A stretch of 64,000 nt of DNA, from positions 17,303 through 81,302 of the forward strand of contig CAYGWK010000003.1 of assembly GCA_964353785.1 (NCBI GenBank), read 5' to 3'. The notes under the pieces are model-generated. The model ran no database searches. It saw only the letters and a list, made by a program, of their open reading frames with translations, and had not been told where the DNA came from. This stretch comes from an uncultured Gammaproteobacteria bacterium. Lineage in GTDB: Bacteria; Patescibacteriota; Microgenomatia; CAYGWK01. Of this stretch, positions 22,701 to 31,875 are shown in pieces (within the stretch, counting starts at the first letter, position 1; every line of letters starts with the position of its first letter). The position numbers were made by a program, and so were the translations under genes.

Positions 22701-23415
22701 TTTTCCTCCTTAATTTTAAAATATCCTCCTTTAAGTTTCTCTCTGATCTTTTATACAAAAATCCAAGACTTAAAAGTGCCAAAATGAAAATTCCTACCCT
22801 CTCCCAGTATATACTTTTTTGAAAGATGATTTCAAGTGAACCAAGAATTATCCAGAATATTCCCAAGGTTAAACAAGCGACAAAACCTGGTTTTCCGCTT
22901 TTATACCAAATAAACTTCCGGTAGGTTCTGGCAAAAACAAAAGATAAAACTAAAGCCAGGGCAGAGGAGGCAAAAAAGGCAAGAATGAATTTTTCTCCAG
23001 TTGCCAGTATTAAACCAATCTCAAAAATTACTAAAAACAAAAAAAATGCTTCTGTCAGATTATCTGCCACCAGCCAAAAATCCCAAGATTTTTTCTTTGA
23101 CCAAAGAAAAAGAATTAAAAGCAGAAGAACAACTACTCCTAAAAAAGAAAAGCCAGGCTCTGCTCTTAAGGAAAACCATTTCAAAGGCTGGAGATAAAGG
23201 CTTGGGTTTCCGACAATATAGAAAAGCCTTGCTCCTAAAATCGCTCCAAGAACAAGAAGAATGGTGAAGTTTAAAATATCATCTTCAAGATAATCTTCTT
23301 TAAGTCTTTGCCAAAGGAAAAATGAGGCAAACACGAAAGATAAAGCAGCGAAAAAGCTGGATGTTGAGATTATTATTGGCCCAAGTGTTAAAAGGACAGG
23401 AAACATGCTTGACAA
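22690..23415 (-). CDS. Prolipoprotein diacylglyceryl transferase-like membrane protein
   Basis: MFPVLLTLGPI, GAILGARLFYI and GFSFLG resemble the Lgt N-terminus; the rest is divergent. Confidence 0.6.
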   Translation of the reverse strand: MSSMFPVLLTLGPIIISTSSFFAALSFVFASFFLWQRLKEDYLEDDILNFTILLVLGAILGARLFYIVGNPSLYLQPLKWFSLRAEPGFSFLGVVVLLLLILFLWSKKKSWDFWLVADNLTEAFFLFLVIFEIGLILATGEKFILAFFASSALALVLSFVFARTYRKFIWYKSGKPGFVACLTLGIFWIILGSLEIIFQKSIYWERVGIFILALLSLGFLYKRSERNLKEDILKLRRKNEK

Positions 23416-23447
23416 ACTAATTATATCATACTATACTTTTTCCTTGC

Positions 23448-23909
23448 ATGCTTGAACTGCCGCATACAATCGTTGGGGCAACTATCGCCACCAAGATTGG
23501 CAACCCCTACCTCGCCCTCCCATTTGCTTTAATCTCAAATCTCCTCATTGACCTTCTCCCTCACTGGAATCCTCACATTTACACGGAAATGAATCACGAT
23601 GGCAAAGTTTCCCCAAAATCAAAAAGAATTGTTATCGTCGACTCTAGTCTTGCTCTAATAACAGGCTTGCTTTTAGCCTTAAGATTTTATCCAAATTTAG
23701 GAAAAGTGGCAATAATTTTAGCAGGCTGTTTCCTAGCAGTTCTCTTTGATGTTTTAGAAGCCCCCTACTTTTTCCTGAAGTCAAAAAATAAATATATTTT
23801 AAAGTTAATTTCTATTCAGCGGAGATTCCAGTGGAACGTCTCTCCAATCCCCGGAATTCTCTCCCAAATTATTCTCATCGGAGTCTGCTTCTTTTTGCTT
23901 TTTACTTAA
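23448..23909 (+). CDS. Hypothetical membrane protein (possible metal-dependent hydrolase)
   Basis: PHTIVGA...IDLLPHWNPH plus TM segments. Confidence 0.65.
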   Translation: MLELPHTIVGATIATKIGNPYLALPFALISNLLIDLLPHWNPHIYTEMNHDGKVSPKSKRIVIVDSSLALITGLLLALRFYPNLGKVAIILAGCFLAVLFDVLEAPYFFLKSKNKYILKLISIQRRFQWNVSPIPGILSQIILIGVCFFLLFT

Positions 23910-24483
23910 CCCTCTCCACATATTCTCCAGTTCTTGTATCCACCAAAATTCTCTCTCCTTGATTTATAAAAAGAGGAATTTTAATTTTTAAGCCATTATC
24001 CAAAACCGCTGGTTTAAAAATATTCGTAGCACTATCCCCTTTTACCCCTGGTCCAGTTTCTTTAACCTCAAATTCCATTTTGGGCGGAAGCTCGATCGAT
24101 AAAGGTTTTTCAGACCAGAACAAAACATCAACCATCGCCTGTTCACGCAAAAATGGTGCTTGGTCAGAGATTAAATCTCTGGGAATTTCAAGTTGTTCAA
24201 AAGTTTTCGGGTCCATAAAGTAAAAATTATCTTTGCAATAAGCAGAGCTTGTTGCTCCGCAATAAAGATATTGAAGTTTGCGTTTGACAGTAGAAATCTC
24301 AGAAACCTTGGCTCCGGAAATAAAGGTTTTTTCAAGAACCGCCCCAGTTTTTAAATTTCGCACCTTGACTTTTATATTGGCCGTCCCCCGCCCCATTTTT
24401 AAATGCTCATATTTCAAAACCACAAAAGGCTCGCCATTCTCTTCAAAAGTTCTTCCGCTTCTTAGTTCCGTTACAGAAATCAT
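23902..24483 (-). CDS. efp: Elongation factor P
   Basis: HLKMGRG loop, FMDPKTFEQ, PGVKGDSA, VDTRTGEYVER; 8-aa insertion from the 24-bp element. Confidence 0.95.
   Translation of the reverse strand: MISVTELRSGRTFEENGEPFVVLKYEHLKMGRGTANIKVKVRNLKTGAVLEKTFISGAKVSEISTVKRKLQYLYCGATSSAYCKDNFYFMDPKTFEQLEIPRDLISDQAPFLREQAMVDVLFWSEKPLSIELPPKMEFEVKETGPGVKGDSATNIFKPAVLDNGLKIKIPLFINQGERILVDTRTGEYVERVK
24237..24265 (+). mobile_element. 24-bp micro-element antisense and in frame in efp (YCGATSSA)
   Basis: AATAAGCAGAGCTTGTTGCTCCGCAATAA. Confidence 0.8.
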
Positions 24484-24486
24484 CGG

Positions 24487-24573
24487 TGCCGAGGAGAGGA
24501 GTCGAACCTCCACGGTCCTTTAGGGACCACAAGTTTTTGAGACTTGCCTGTCTACCAGTTCCAGCACCTCGGC
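24487..24573 (-). tRNA. tRNA-Leu(CAA)
   Basis: GCCGAGG acceptor stem, CAAGT-CTCAAAA-ACTTG anticodon arm, long variable arm, GGTTCGACTCC T-arm; followed by CCG, so CCA is not encoded. Confidence 0.95.
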
Positions 24574-24616
24574 GCAATGACAATTATATCAAACTTTTGA
24601 GAAATTAGCTTGGAAA

Positions 24617-25933
24617 TTATTCTTTCACCCTTCTAACTTCCATTCCGTAGAAGGAAATTCGGGCCGGAACGAAGCGAAGCTTAAAAGAACCGGTTGGTCC
24701 GTTTCGGTGTTTGGCAATTTCAGCGGTCACATTTTCGGGAGTTTCTTCCTCTTCCCGATAAAGAAAAACGACCACATCCGCATCCTGTTCAATTGAACCA
24801 CTCTCCCGAAGGTCAGCCAAACGAGGTCTGGCTCCTCCCCTAACCTCAACTGCCCGAGAAAGTTGGGAAACTGCCAGAACCGGAATTTTTAATTCCCGAG
24901 CCAGATTTTTAAGCCCCATGGAAATTTCGGAAACTTCCTGAACTCGATTTTCAAGTTGCCTCCCCCGAAGAAGTTGAAGATAGTCAACAATGATAAGTTT
25001 TAATCCTTGCTCAACCTGAAGCCTACGAGCCTTGGTCCTCATCTCCAAAATGGAAATTGCCGGCGTGTCATCAATAAAAAGTGGGGCTTCGGCCAAAACT
25101 CCCATGGCATCAGAAAGCCGAGTAAAATCCTCTTCCTCAAGTCTGCCGGTTTTAAGTTTCCAAGCATCAATATCTGCCTGACGAACCAAAAGTCGGTCAA
25201 CCAACTCCTCTTTACTCATCTCAACCGAAAAAATTCCCACTGGTTCTTTTTCTTCGACCGCTAAATATCTAGCCACATTTAAGACTAAAGCAGTTTTTCC
25301 TAAGCCTGGTCTGGATGCCAAAATGATTAAGTTTGACTGCTGCAGTCCGGCAAGCATGTTATCCAAATCTTTAAAACCAGTTGCTACTCCCCGAAGACCC
25401 CCGGCTTTTTTATGAAGTTCGTCTAAGCGGTCAAAACTCTCCGCTAAAGCATCTTTAACCGGCATAAAAACCTGTTTTAAGTGGGCTTGAGAAAGAGCGA
25501 AAACCCGCTGCTCGGCCTTGTCCAAAACCTCGGTTGCTTCAGACGCCTCATCAAACGCTTGCTCGGTGATTTTTGAGGCAGCCGAAATTAATTCTCTTTT
25601 GGTGTAGTCATTTTTAACAATTCTTCCATATTCTTCAACATTGGCGGCAGTGGGGACAAGGGAGGCAAGCTCGGAAAGATAACCTGCTCCGCCAACCCGA
25701 GTTAAATCTTTTTGTTTTTTAAGTTTTTCCGTTAAAGTGACAATGTCAACTGGCGAACGCTCCTCGTATAGGGAAAGAATTGCCCGAAAAATGCAACCGT
25801 TTTTTTCATCATAAAAATGCTCTGGTCGCAGAAATTCGGCCACGGCAACGATGGCGTCTTTGTCAATTAAACAGGCGCCGATGACAGATTTTTCGGCCTC
25901 ATCTGAATGTGGAGGAATTCGGACTTCAGGCAT
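24617..25933 (-). CDS. dnaB: Replicative DNA helicase
   Basis: PPHSDEAEKSVIG, ASRPGLGKT, IIVDYLQL, SQLSR, DLRESGSIEQDAD, KHRNGPTG. Confidence 0.97.
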   Translation of the reverse strand: MPEVRIPPHSDEAEKSVIGACLIDKDAIVAVAEFLRPEHFYDEKNGCIFRAILSLYEERSPVDIVTLTEKLKKQKDLTRVGGAGYLSELASLVPTAANVEEYGRIVKNDYTKRELISAASKITEQAFDEASEATEVLDKAEQRVFALSQAHLKQVFMPVKDALAESFDRLDELHKKAGGLRGVATGFKDLDNMLAGLQQSNLIILASRPGLGKTALVLNVARYLAVEEKEPVGIFSVEMSKEELVDRLLVRQADIDAWKLKTGRLEEEDFTRLSDAMGVLAEAPLFIDDTPAISILEMRTKARRLQVEQGLKLIIVDYLQLLRGRQLENRVQEVSEISMGLKNLARELKIPVLAVSQLSRAVEVRGGARPRLADLRESGSIEQDADVVVFLYREEEETPENVTAEIAKHRNGPTGSFKLRFVPARISFYGMEVRRVKE

Positions 25934-26579
25934 TTTTTCTCTCCAAAACTATAATTTTTGTTTCCATTGGCAGACTTTCCCGACTGACTAAAAGTTTTGG
26001 CAAAAATTCTCCTTTTTCACCCATCTCTTTCAAAAAATCCTCAAGGGTTGACATTTTTCCAAAAATCTCCTGATTTAACCCTGGAAAATTATAGTGCATG
26101 GGGATAATAATCTTCGGTTCAAGTTGAGAAATTACCTCCCCTGCCTCCTTTGGTCCAATAGTGTAAAATCCGCCAACAGGGATAAACAAAATATCCACTC
26201 CATTTAGTTCTTCAAGTTCGCGGTCAAAAAGTCGGTGACCCAAATCTCCCAAATGACAAACCCGCAGGTTATCCATTTCCATTAAATAAATTGTATTTTG
26301 CCCGCGCTCTGAACCTTCTTTGGCGTCATGAAATGAAGAAATTCCAAAAATGGAAACATTTTTAACCTCATACTCTCCTGGAGCAGAAATAACAAAAGGA
26401 GAACCTTGAACCTGGTCTTTTTGGTTATGATCCTGATGGTCATGGGAGACAGTCACAATATCTGCCTCAACTTTGGGGAATTTTAAGCCGGTCGCCTCCG
26501 GAGAATAGGGATCGGTGACAACCGTGGCTGTTTTCCCTTTAAGCTTAAAAGATGAATGACCAAGGTATGAAATTTCCAT
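25926..26579 (-). CDS. MBL-fold metallo-hydrolase
   Basis: YLGHSSF, VSHDHQDHN, HLGDLG, IIPMHY. Confidence 0.9.
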   Translation of the reverse strand: MEISYLGHSSFKLKGKTATVVTDPYSPEATGLKFPKVEADIVTVSHDHQDHNQKDQVQGSPFVISAPGEYEVKNVSIFGISSFHDAKEGSERGQNTIYLMEMDNLRVCHLGDLGHRLFDRELEELNGVDILFIPVGGFYTIGPKEAGEVISQLEPKIIIPMHYNFPGLNQEIFGKMSTLEDFLKEMGEKGEFLPKLLVSRESLPMETKIIVLERKNA

Positions 26580-26653
26580 TTTGTCAAAGTTAGATTATCA
26601 TAAAGCTTTCCTCTTGACAAGACCCCCAATTTAGGTTATAGTGTCTGCCTGTC

Positions 26654-27082
26654 ATGAGAAAGGAAGTTCTAGTTGCTATCTTTGTTGGTTTTGCTCTTGG
26701 CCTTGTTATTACCTTTGGTATCTGGTCAGCCAACAAGGCTTTAACTTCAAAAAAACCCCCGGCTGCCCCCGAAGAAGAAGTTGCCGCCCCAGAGGAGATT
26801 ACGCCAACGCCCGCTTTTTCTTTAGTCATTTCAAAACCTGAAGATGAGAGTATCTCAAGCGCTGACAAAGTTACTGTTTCTGGAACAACCGAGCCCGAAG
26901 TATATGTTGTCATCATGGGAGAAAAGGGAGAAGAAATTTTGGAGGCAGATGAGAAGGGAATTTTCTCAACTGAAGTATCTTTGGTTTCGGGAACAAACGA
27001 AATTACGATTAGTGCTTTTTCGGAAAATGGGGATGAGGTCTCAAAAACCTTAAATGTAGTTTACTCAACGGCGGAAATATGA
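26654..27082 (+). CDS. Membrane-anchored Ig-like hypothetical protein
   Basis: N-terminal TM, Pro/Glu linker, VSGTTEP...GTNEITISA. Confidence 0.7.
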   Translation: MRKEVLVAIFVGFALGLVITFGIWSANKALTSKKPPAAPEEEVAAPEEITPTPAFSLVISKPEDESISSADKVTVSGTTEPEVYVVIMGEKGEEILEADEKGIFSTEVSLVSGTNEITISAFSENGDEVSKTLNVVYSTAEI

Positions 27083-27786
27083 GAAAAATAATTTTGCTTT
27101 TTACTTTTTACTTTTTACTTTTTACTTTCCCGCTTTTGGCGCTCGCCCAATCTCCTACTCCGACTGGGGTTCGCGAGGAAATTAAGGAAAAGGTTCAAGA
27201 AAGAATTGAGCAAATCCAAACCGAATTCAAAAAAAGAGCCTTCTGGGGAACATTAAAAGAAATCACCAATTCAACTTTGGTTCTTGACACTCCAAGAGGA
27301 GAAAGACGGGTCAAAACCGACGAAGAAACCAAATTCTTCGGAGCCAGTAAAAAAGAAATAAAATTAGCTGACCTTGAAATTGGCAACTTTATTATTGCCT
27401 TGGGATACTGGCAAGAAAATGGCACTCTTGAGGGAAAAAGAATAACTGCCTTAACACAAGCACCAAAACCAGCTGTCCGCCGATACGCAGTTTATGGGAG
27501 AGTGGCTGACATATCAGAAGAAGAGAAAATTCTTTCAATTGTTCATCCATTAAAAAGCGATGTCACCTACCAGGTTGGAGTAGAAAGTTCAACCATTATT
27601 ACTAAAAAGGTTGAGGGGAAAATTAAAAAAGTAACTTTTTCCGAAATTGAGATTGGCGACCGGGTGGTTTGCGTTGGCACTAAAGAAGAAGAAAACGAAA
27701 CCATCACTGCCAAACTCATTCATGTTATTCCTGGAAAAGTCAGTCCTACCCCAACAAAGAAACCCACCCCCACCCCAGCCGAGTAA
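27079..27786 (+). CDS. Secreted protein with repeated OB-like (DUF5666-like) domains
   Basis: Signal peptide; two repeats LEIGNFIIALG / IEIGDRVVCVG; PT-rich tail. Confidence 0.65.
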   Translation: MRKIILLFTFYFLLFTFPLLALAQSPTPTGVREEIKEKVQERIEQIQTEFKKRAFWGTLKEITNSTLVLDTPRGERRVKTDEETKFFGASKKEIKLADLEIGNFIIALGYWQENGTLEGKRITALTQAPKPAVRRYAVYGRVADISEEEKILSIVHPLKSDVTYQVGVESSTIITKKVEGKIKKVTFSEIEIGDRVVCVGTKEEENETITAKLIHVIPGKVSPTPTKKPTPTPAE

Positions 27787-27851
27787 GTCTTTCTCAGAGA
27801 AAGTTCTGCTTTCAGGTTTTTAATTTCTCAAAAAAATGCTATCATTTAACT

Positions 27852-29165
27852 ATGGCAAAACTTAAATTTCAACCAGTTAAGGGAACGAGGGATTTTTATC
27901 CGGAAGAGATGGCTTTCCGGAACTTCCTATTTGGAAAAATGAGAGAAGCTTCCAAAAAATTTGGCTACCAAGAATACGAAGGTCCGATTCTTGAACCCCT
28001 AGAACTCTATGCGGCCAAATCAGGCGAGGACCTGGTTAAAAAACAAACTTTTGTTTTAACAGACCGAGGAGGGAGAAAACTGGCTTTAAGACCAGAGATG
28101 ACTCCAACTTTGGCGCGGATGGTTGGACAAAGGGAAGCAGAACTTCCAAAACCAATCCGCTGGTTTTCCATTGGTCCCAGGTTTCGCTACGAACAACCCC
28201 AAAAAGGAAGATTAAGAGAATTTTATCAATGGGATATTGATATTTTGGGCTCAGAAAGCCCAGAGGCAGATGCGGAGATTATTGCTATCGCGGCCGAATT
28301 CTTAAAAAGTATCGGCCTAACCCCCAAAGAAGTAAAAATTAAAGTTAATGACCGCTCTTTGATGGAACAAAAATTATCTTTGATTGAGATTCCTAAAACA
28401 AAGATTCAAGAAGTTTTCAAAGCAGTGGACAAGAAGGAAAAAATTGCCGAGGAAGAATGGGATAAATGGCTTAAAGAGATAGGATTAACCAGTCTTCAGG
28501 TTAAGGATCTTAAGGGAATCTTAAAAGACCGCGATTTCAGTCGAGAGTCAGAAAACCTAACCAGAATCTTTTCTACTCTTTCTGATTTGGGAGTTTCGGA
28601 TTTTGTCGAATTTGATCCAAATGTTGTTCGCGGGCTTGATTATTATACCGGAATAGTTTTTGAGGCAAGAGACGCCAAGGGTAAGTTCAGAGCGATTCTT
28701 GGTGGAGGAAGATATGATAATTTAGTTGAGGTTGTTGGCGGTCCAAAAATTGCCGGGACTGGATTCGCCGCTGGAGATGTCGTTATCGAGGAGGTTTTAA
28801 AAGAATATAAGCAAAGCTTGTTGCTTCGCAATAAAAAAACTCCCAAGATTTCTCCTGGCAATACCAGAGTATTAGTTACAGTTTTTGACGAATCAACCTT
28901 CCGCGATTCACTCAAAGTTACTTCATTACTGCGCAGTAATAGAGTAAATACAGAAATATATATTAATCCGGAAAAACTTGACAAACAATTAAAATACGCT
29001 AGCCAGAAAGAGATCCCCTTCGTGGTGATTATTGGCCCAGAGGAAGAAAAATCTGGAACAGTAACGATTAAAAATATGGAAAAAGGCTCGCAAGAAACTA
29101 TACCCCAGGAAAAACTTTCAGACTACTTTTCCACCAAAGGCGGATCCGCCTCTGGCGGAAAATAA
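27852..29165 (+). CDS. hisS: Histidine--tRNA ligase
   Basis: KGTRDFYP, LRPEMTP, FRYEQPQKGRLREFYQ, RGLDYYTG, GGGRYD. Confidence 0.97.
   Translation: MAKLKFQPVKGTRDFYPEEMAFRNFLFGKMREASKKFGYQEYEGPILEPLELYAAKSGEDLVKKQTFVLTDRGGRKLALRPEMTPTLARMVGQREAELPKPIRWFSIGPRFRYEQPQKGRLREFYQWDIDILGSESPEADAEIIAIAAEFLKSIGLTPKEVKIKVNDRSLMEQKLSLIEIPKTKIQEVFKAVDKKEKIAEEEWDKWLKEIGLTSLQVKDLKGILKDRDFSRESENLTRIFSTLSDLGVSDFVEFDPNVVRGLDYYTGIVFEARDAKGKFRAILGGGRYDNLVEVVGGPKIAGTGFAAGDVVIEEVLKEYKQSLLLRNKKTPKISPGNTRVLVTVFDESTFRDSLKVTSLLRSNRVNTEIYINPEKLDKQLKYASQKEIPFVVIIGPEEEKSGTVTIKNMEKGSQETIPQEKLSDYFSTKGGSASGGK
28807..28834 (+). mobile_element. 24-bp micro-element in frame in the hisS interdomain linker
   Basis: ATAAGCAAAGCTTGTTGCTTCGCAATAA, translated as KQSLLLRN. 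Confidence 0.8.
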
Positions 29166-29186
29166 TTAAACCCAGCTTAGCTGGGT
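29129..29186. repeat. Palindromes at the hisS 3' end
   Basis: TTCCACCAAAGGCGGATCCGCCTCTGGCGGAA (encodes STKGGSASGG) and ACCCAGCTTAGCTGGGT. Confidence 0.6.
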
Positions 29187-29195
29187 AAACTGCCC

Positions 29196-30122
29196 ATGAC
29201 AAAGAAACGCCTAACTGCTTATCTTCTTTTAATCTTAACTTCAATCATTTGGGGAATTGCTGGACCAGTTATTAAGCACACTCTGCAATTTATTCCTCCT
29301 TTTACCTTTTTATTCTGGCGATTTTTGCTTGCCTCGCTGATATTTCTGCCTTTTTTTATCTTTCTGGCCAGAAAAGAAAAAGAAACTCTAAGAAGTCTTT
29401 TACCAATTATCCCCATCGGCTTTTTAGGAATCCCTTTCTGTCTAAGTTTTGTTTTTCTTGGCTTTGAGAGAACTTCTGCTTTGGATGGAACAATTCTTTC
29501 GGCTCTGGCGCCAATTTTTATTGTCTTAGCCGGGGTCTTTTTTTTAAAAGAGAAAGTAACCAGGATTGAGGCGGCTGGTTTGGCGATTGCTATTTCGGGC
29601 TCGGTGGTCATGGTCTCCCAACCGCTTTTGGAGGGAGGGGCATTTGCTCAAAGAAATTTAACTGGTAATCTTTTAATTATAATCTCAGACCTTATTTGGA
29701 CTGTTTATGTTGTTCTTTCAAAAGTTGAATTCAAAAAACACTCCCCTTTTATCATCACCGCTGTCTCCTTTTTTACTGGACTTTTAGTAATTTTTCCCCT
29801 TGCTTTTCTAGAAAGTGGCCCACAAATTTTCAATTTTCAATTCTCAATTCTCAATTCTGGCGCCCTCTGGGGCGTCCTTTACATGGTAATCCTCTCCTCG
29901 GTTCTGGCTTATTTCGCTTTTGAATCGGGACTTAGACTTATCGAGGCTTCGGAAACCACTCTTTTTGCCTATCTTCAGCCAATTTTTGCCGCCCCAGTGG
30001 CCATCCTTTGGCTTGGAGAGCGTATCACTTCTCCATTTTTGCTTGGGGCCGCCATCGTTGCCATCGGAATATTTCTCTCCGAATTCCGCAGACCACGGGT
30101 TGCCTCAAAGCAGGAAAAATGA
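29196..30122 (+). CDS. DMT/EamA family transporter
   Basis: About 10 TM helices, [40 protein letters not shown]. Confidence 0.92.
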   Translation: MTKKRLTAYLLLILTSIIWGIAGPVIKHTLQFIPPFTFLFWRFLLASLIFLPFFIFLARKEKETLRSLLPIIPIGFLGIPFCLSFVFLGFERTSALDGTILSALAPIFIVLAGVFFLKEKVTRIEAAGLAIAISGSVVMVSQPLLEGGAFAQRNLTGNLLIIISDLIWTVYVVLSKVEFKKHSPFIITAVSFFTGLLVIFPLAFLESGPQIFNFQFSILNSGALWGVLYMVILSSVLAYFAFESGLRLIEASETTLFAYLQPIFAAPVAILWLGERITSPFLLGAAIVAIGIFLSEFRRPRVASKQEK

Positions 30123-30138
30123 TAGAATAGATTTTGTT

Positions 30139-30456
30139 ATGAAGGCTGATATTCATCCAAAATGGTATCCAGAGGCTCGCGTTACCTGCTCTTGCGGAGC
30201 AAGTTTTACCGTGGGTTCAACCAAGCCTGAAATTCAAGTTGAAATCTGTTCAAAATGCCATCCCCTCTTTACTGGAGAGATGAAATATGTTGATACTGCT
30301 GGAAGAGTAGAAAAATTTCAAGAAAAGCAAAAGAGAGTCCAGCCCCAAAAACTAATTAAGAAAAAGCAAAGAAGGCTTCTTAAAAAACTTGAAGAAGAAA
30401 AAGAGGAAGAAAAACGCCCCAAATCCTTGAAAGAAATGCTACAAAAGAAATCCTAA
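30139..30456 (+). CDS. rpmE: 50S ribosomal protein L31 with Lys/Glu-rich C-terminal extension
   Basis: [36 protein letters not shown]. Confidence 0.95.
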   Translation: MKADIHPKWYPEARVTCSCGASFTVGSTKPEIQVEICSKCHPLFTGEMKYVDTAGRVEKFQEKQKRVQPQKLIKKKQRRLLKKLEEEKEEEKRPKSLKEMLQKKS

Positions 30457-30457
30457 A

Positions 30458-31141
30458 ATGAATCCAGACAACGCTATTTTAGAAATAAGGCCAGGAACTG
30501 GTGGTGAGGAAGCCCGCCTTTGGGCCTCTGATTTATTGCGGATGTATACCAGGTTTGCTAATTCCCAGGGGTGGAAAGTATCCCAGATTGATGAGGGAGT
30601 GATTAAAATCCAAGGTGCAGGTATTTTTGAAAAATTAAAAAATGAAGCCGGAGTTCACCGAGTCCAAAGAATCCCAAAAACTGAACGCTATGGTCGGATT
30701 CATACCTCAACTGCCACGGTGGCCGTTTTACCAGAAATTCCCGAAAACCAGATTTTTATCAATCCAGCCGATTGCCAGTGGCAATTTTATCGTGCCTCAA
30801 CCCAAGGAGGACAAAATGTTCAGAAGGTCTCCTCTGCCGTCCGCCTGCGCCACGTTCCAACCGGTATTGTCGTCTCAAGTCAGCAAGAACGAACCCAAGA
30901 ACAGAATCGCCAAATCGCTTTGGAGCTACTTCGGGCAAAACTTTTCGCCAGACAGGAAGAAGAAAAAGAGAAAACCGTTGCTGGTTACCGTTCCGTCATT
31001 GGTCGCGGCATGCGCCCCGAAAAAATCCGCACCTACAATTTTCCGCAAAACAGAATTACTGACCACAGAATAAATAAATCGTGGAAGAATTTAGAAGAGA
31101 TTTTAGAGGGGAAATTAGAGAAAATTATTGCCTCTCTCTAG
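30458..31141 (+). CDS. prfA: Peptide chain release factor 1, N-terminally truncated
   Basis: EIRPGTGGEEA, GVHRVQRIPKTE (PxT), GRIHTS, GGQ, IRTYNFPQNRITDHRI; 227 aa. Confidence 0.85.
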   Translation: MNPDNAILEIRPGTGGEEARLWASDLLRMYTRFANSQGWKVSQIDEGVIKIQGAGIFEKLKNEAGVHRVQRIPKTERYGRIHTSTATVAVLPEIPENQIFINPADCQWQFYRASTQGGQNVQKVSSAVRLRHVPTGIVVSSQQERTQEQNRQIALELLRAKLFARQEEEKEKTVAGYRSVIGRGMRPEKIRTYNFPQNRITDHRINKSWKNLEEILEGKLEKIIASL

Positions 31142-31209
31142 GCTCTGGGTGTAGAAGTTCTGGTGGTGTCATAAACAGATTGGCAAAATATTTTCCTAAT
31201 GCTGTCAAC

Positions 31210-31305
31210 TCAATTGTTCTTAAGGAGAGCTTGGCTGCTAGTGGCACATATATAATTTCCCTCCTTAATTGGTGTTCGTTCTTCTTCTTTTCTTATTAGA
31301 GACAT
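31210..31305 (-). CDS. Small ORF (31 aa) or gene remnant
   Basis: GGAGGTGAG SD before MSLIRKEEERTPIKEGNYICATSSQALLKNN; leader duplicated from the neighbouring gene. Confidence 0.3.
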   Translation of the reverse strand: MSLIRKEEERTPIKEGNYICATSSQALLKNN

Positions 31306-31371
31306 CTTTCCTCACCTCCCTTTCAAAAATCGCTGCCGGTTGGGCAACACGAGATAAATACCCCAATCGCT

Positions 31372-31788
31372 CTATCTTTTTATCTCGCCGCTAATTTCCC
31401 CACCACGATTAATTTTGATCACCGCGTTATCTAAACTAATTACCAATGTTGGTTCTACGTCAAGCTCAATATCGTCAGGGTTCAAAGCTTCAATCATGCG
31501 GACAGGATACCCCTCAATCACGAGATCCTTCAGCCATACACCACGCGCTACCCTTATATGTTTAAATTCAGGATACCTTTCGTCACTTTTTAAATCCACA
31601 GCGGTACTCCTCTTATTATCCTTGTTTTCTATTGTTAACAAAAACCTTTCATCATCGCATGTAAATTTAACACCACTATCTTTCCCCCAATTAAAAAGCA
31701 TACCTGGAACTTCTTTACCCCAACCCAGTCTGGAAAAAGTTTCAGTCAACGCCGCCAACTCTTGTGAATCTGGAGTTTCCTTTTTCAT
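31372..31788 (-). CDS. Hypothetical protein
   Basis: AGGAGGTGAG SD; 138 aa. Confidence 0.65.
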   Translation of the reverse strand: MKKETPDSQELAALTETFSRLGWGKEVPGMLFNWGKDSGVKFTCDDERFLLTIENKDNKRSTAVDLKSDERYPEFKHIRVARGVWLKDLVIEGYPVRMIEALNPDDIELDVEPTLVISLDNAVIKINRGGEISGEIKR

Positions 31789-31875
31789 TTTTTCTCACCT
31801 CCTTTTTAAAAAATCGCTGCTGGTTGGGCAGCGCGGGACTAGAGTAACCTATCAAAATCAAAAAGTCAAGCGGAT

